This document shows positions 59,720-64,000 of a stretch of DNA of 64,000 nt, piece by piece; the stretch's first letter is position 1; every line of letters starts with the position of its first letter. Source of the DNA: Isurus oxyrinchus (Eukaryota); the NCBI GenBank assembly GCA_026770705.1, contig JANJGN010000004.1:191952001-192016000 (forward strand). Direction: 5' to 3'. Position numbers and translations under genes: made by a program. The notes under the pieces were generated by a model. That model searched no databases. It was not told the DNA's origin and saw nothing but the letters and a program-made list of their open reading frames with translations.

Positions 59720-61744
59720 GGTTTTTTTTTTAATTTATTCACAGAATGTAAGCTTCGCTGGCTGGGCCAGCATTTATTGCCCATCCCTAGTTGCCGTGAA
59801 AAGTGGGTGGTGAGCTGCCTTCTTGAACTGCTGCAGTCCATGTGGTGTAGGTATAACCACAGTGCTGTTAGGAAGGTTGTTACAGGATTTTGGCCCAGTG
59901 ACAGTGAAGGAATGGAAATATATTTCCATGTCAGGATGGTGAGTGACTTGGAGGGGAACTTCCAGGTGGTGGTGTTCCCATCTATCTGCTGCCCTTGTCC
60001 TTCTAGATGGTAGTGGTCGTGGGTTTGGAAGATGCTGTCTAAGGAGCCTTGGTGAGTTCCTGCAGTGCATCTTGTAGATGGTACACGCTGCTGCTACTGT
60101 GCGTCGGTGGTGGAGGGTGTGAATGTTTGTGGATGTGGTGCCAATCAAGCAGGATGCTTTGTCCTGGACGGTGTCAAGCTTCTTGAGTGTTGTGGGAGCT
60201 GCATTCATCCAGGCAAGTAAGGATTATTCCATCACAGTCCTGACTTGTGCCTCGTAGATGGTGGACAGGCTTTGGGGAGTCAGGAGGGGAGTTACTCGTT
60301 GCACAGTTCATAGCCTCTGACCTGCTATTGCAGCCACAGTATTTATATGGCTCGTCCATTTCAGTTTCTGGTCAATGGTAACCCCCAGGATGTTGATATT
60401 GGGAGGTTCAGTGATGATAATGTCATTGAACATCAAGGGGCGATGGTTGGATTCTCTCTTGTTGGAGATGATCATTTTCTGATACTTGGGCGGCGCAAAT
60501 GTTACTTGCCAATTGTCAGCCCAAGCCTGGATATTGTCCAGGTCTTGCTGCATTTGGACATGGACTGCTTCAGTATCTGAGGAGTTGTGAATGATGCTGA
60601 ACATTGTGCAATCATCACGAACATCCTCACTTCTGACGTTATGATGGAAGGAAGGTCATTGATGAAGCAGCCGAAGTTGTTTGGGCCAAGGACAATACCC
60701 TGAGGAACTCCTGCAGTAATGCCTTGGAGCTGAGATGACTGGCCTCCAACAACCACAGCCATCTTCCTTTGTGACTCCAACCAGAGGAGAGTTTTCCCCC
60801 TGATTTCCATTGACTCCAATTTTGCTAGGGTTCCTTGATGCCACACTCTGTCAAATGCTGCCTTGATGTCCTAAGGGCAGTCACTCTCACCTCACCTCGG
60901 GAGTTCACCTCTTTTGTCCATGTTTGAACCAAGGCTGTAATGAGGTCAGGAGCTGAGTGGCCCTGGCAGAATCCAAACTGGGCATGAGGGAGCAGGTTAT
61001 TGCTAAGCAAGTGCCGCTTGATAGCACTGTTGATGACCTCTTCCATTACTTTACTGATAATCGAGAATAGATTGATGGGGCAGTAATTGGCTGGGATAGA
61101 TTTGTCCTGCTTTTTGTGTATAGGACAGACCTGGGCAATTTTCCACATAGCTGGGTGGATGCCAGTGTTGTAACTGCACTGGAAAAGCTTGTCTAGGGGT
61201 GTGGTAAGTTCTGGATCATCCACTAGGCATTTCTAGCTGAAGATTGTAGCAAATGGTGCAGCCTTATCTTTTGCACTGATGTGTTTGGCTCCACCATCGT
61301 TGAGGATGGGGACATTTATGGAGCCTCCTCCTCTAGTGAGTTGTTTAATTGTCCACCAGCATTCATTTTTGGATCTGACAGGACTGCAGAGCTTAGATTT
61401 GATCCTTTGGTTGTGGGATTGCTTAGCCCTATCTTGCGCATGCTGCTTATGCTGCTTGGCATGCACGTGGCCCTGTGTTATAGCTTCACCAGGTTGCCAC
61501 CTCATTTTTAGGTATGCCTGGTGCTGCTCCTGGCATGCCCTCCTGCACTCTTCATTGAACCAGTGTTGATCCCCTGGCTTGATGGTAATGGCAGAGTGGG
61601 GGATATGCAGGGCATTAGGTTACAGATTGTATTCAAGTACAATTCTGCTGCTACTGATGTCCTCATGGATGCCCAGTCTTGAGTTGCTAGATCTGTTTGA
61701 AATCTATCCTATTTAGCATGGTGGTAGTGCCACACAACACGATG
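59720..61744 (-). mobile_element. Family-B LINE, long 3' portion
   Basis: ORFs 59774, 60308, 60502, 60825 and 61233 carry RT motifs (AGVPQGIVLGP, QFGFCQGHSAPD). Confidence 0.92.
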
Positions 61745-62765
61745 CTGTTGGAGGTCAATCATCCCAGTCCTGGGGTATTGCTGAAGAAGTTACTCAGGGT
61801 AGTGTCCTAGGTGCAACCATCTTCAGCTGCTTCATCATTGACCTTCCCTCCATCATAACGTCAGAAGTGGGGATACTCGTGGATAATTGCACAATGTTCA
61901 GCAGCATTCGTGACTCCTCAGATACTGAGCATGTCCATGTCCAAATGCAGCAAGACCTGAACAATGTTAAGGCTTGCGCTGAAACGTGGTAAGTAACACA
62001 ACTGCCAGGCAATGACTATCTTCAACATGAGTGAATCTAACCAGCTGCTCTTGACATCCAATGGCATTACCACCACTGAAACCCCCACTATCAACATCCT
62101 GGGGATTACCATTGACCAGAAACTGAACTGGACCAGCCATATAAATACTGTGGCTACAAGACCAGGTCAGAGGCTGGGAATTCTGCGGCGAGTAACTCAC
62201 CTCCTGACTCCCCAAAGCCTGTCCACCATCTACAAAGCACAAGTCACGAGTGTGATGAACACTCTCCAGTTGCCTGGATGAGTGCAGCTCCAACACCACT
62301 CAGGTAGCCCAACACTATCCAGGGCAAAACAGCCCACTTGATTGGCACCCCATCCACCACCTGCAACACCGGCTCCACCACCGATGCACAGTGGCAATAG
62401 TGTGTACCATCTACAAAATGCACTGCAGTAATTCACCAAGGCTCCTTCAACAGCACCTTCCAGACCCACGATTGCTGCCACCTCGAAGGACAAGGGCAGC
62501 AGATGCATGGAAACACCACCACCTGTAAGTTCCCCTCCAAGCCACACACCATCCTCACTTGGAAATATATTGGCCGTTCCTTCACTGTTGCTGAGTCAAA
62601 ATACTAAAACTCCCTTTCTAACAGCACTGCAGATGCACCTACACCACATGGACTGCAGCAGTTCTAGAGGGCAGCTCACTGCCACCTTAAGGGCAATAAG
62701 TGATGGGCAATACATTCTGGCCTAGCCAGCAATGCCCAAAACCCATGAAAGAATTAAAAAAAGAC
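61745..62765 (+). mobile_element. Family-B LINE 3' portion, inverted relative to 59720-61744
   Basis: TINILGITIDQKLNWTSHI; family-B tail at 62690-62765. Confidence 0.9.
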
Positions 62766-63232
62766 ATACTATGTACATAGGAAATGTCACAGGTTGAAGT
62801 AGTGAAAGGTCATGTTAGGATGATACGTGGAAATTCTCCTTCACACTGAGAGTGGTCAACACTTAGATTGGGATCCCTGGACAGAGTGATGGAGGGGTTT
62901 TGGGGTGAAATCCTTGAATTGATTTAAGTAACAATTACATTTAGCAATTGACGGGGGAGGTGATGTCGTGTTCTGGATGAATGAATTCAGGTGGGTTTAA
63001 TGGATTTTCTGATCTGTAAGTATCAAAGTTCAAAATGAAGGGTGGAGGGGACATTTTGACCAGGCTGAATCCCATAGTAGGATACAACAGCCTGTCTGGG
63101 ACGGACCTGTGAGAAATATGAGTAGAGTTTTTAAGAATTTATTGTATTGTGAAGTTGAAAAATAAATAACAAGTTGAATCTAAAAATTCTGCACACTGAC
63201 CTGACCCATTCTGATATTTGTTCTTTCCTCAG

Positions 63233-63574
63233 ATGTTGGTAGAAATGACTCAGTGGTGAGCGGGACAGAGGGAAATTCGGTTACATTGCCCTGTATGTTC
63301 ACACCCAATAACTCTTTCACCCTGACCACTGTTACATGGATAAGGAAGGATCCCGACCAAAACGTAGTCACATTTCAAGCCCAATTAAATGGATCATGGA
63401 TAGTTGTAAATGCTGGAAATCGGTACAAGCTTTTCGGGAACCCACAGAAGGGAGACGTGTCAATCATGATAAACCAACTGAACATGACGGACAATTGCAC
63501 TTACCTCTGTGTGGTGGAGTACACAGGACCATCTGATTATCAATATCTGATCCAGAATGAGGCACGAGTGCATG
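63233..63574 (+). CDS. Ig V-set domain exon 2 of the Siglec-15-like receptor (lacks the essential Arg)
   Basis: ttctttcctcag| acceptor and ATG|GTAAGA donor; 342 nt, phase 1-1, no stops. Motifs GNSVTLPCMF, VTWIRK, RYKLFGNPQKGDVSIMINQL, DNCTYLCVVE. Confidence 0.9.
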
Positions 63575-64000
63575 GTAAGAAACCATTCCCACATTCTCCA
63601 GGGTATTGAGCTTTTACAGTGAAGGCCTAACTGAGTCTGTGAACTTTGAGGTTTTTTGATTTGAATATAGTTTGCATGTGCTGATCTTTTTAGTTTCATT
63701 CTGATGTTCTTAAGGAAAGACATTGAGACACACATGTCATTCAGTTCAATCTCCAATTAACTCAACCTTAAGCTGACATTTAGATCATCTCCTCTGGCTG
63801 CAAGGTGCAACATTGTAAGTGTCGCTCTTGATTGAAATGAAAATGTTCACTCCTTCATCCATAATAGTTCCATAGATGGCAGTGTGTTACCCAAATGTCC
63901 ATCTGACTGTGGGAGCATTACAGCCATGTTGGACCTGTCCTAGCCCAGCATTCACACATTCACACATGGATTATCAACAGGGGGCAGTAACACCAAGAGG

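Noticed and set aside
57777-63574. Rearranging Ig, TCR or NAR V segments
   Set aside because: Both exons include their own G strand and end in splice donors. There is no 3' RSS, and the motifs match Siglec-15 rather than antigen receptors.
63233-63574. TIM/HAVCR-family V domain
   Set aside because: KGDVSI resembles TIM, but the extra TIM cysteines and the FG-loop WFND-type motif are absent

Overview
Repeat-dominated vertebrate genomic DNA, most likely from a cartilaginous fish (shark); this is inferred from the CR1/Penelope/Harbinger/tRNA-SINE repertoire, not from a database. Most of the window is nested transposon debris: several CR1 LINE subfamilies, a second CR1/Jockey-group LINE ('family B'), PIF/Harbinger elements and MITEs, a Gypsy (Gmr1-like) LTR element plus solo LTRs, Penelope-like fragments with hammerhead-ribozyme motifs, an RTE fragment and tRNA-derived SINEs. 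The one convincing host gene is the 5' part of a + strand Ig-superfamily receptor: leader exon 39901-39961, V-set exon 57777-58169 and a second V-set exon 63233-63574, all joined by phase-1 GT-AG introns. V1 is clearly Siglec-15-like and keeps the sialic-acid-binding Arg. It is followed by a second, Arg-less, heavily glycosylated V domain instead of the C2 domain of canonical Siglec-15, and the gene runs off the right end of the window. Other highlights are a 67-bp VNTR next to this gene's promoter, a 199-bp near-perfect Penelope palindrome with a 13-bp TSD, a near-intact Harbinger with TIRs and TSD, and a LINE whose 5' end is the same tRNA-like head found in the local SINE. Repeat boundaries were read by eye and are approximate unless a TSD or TIR is quoted.
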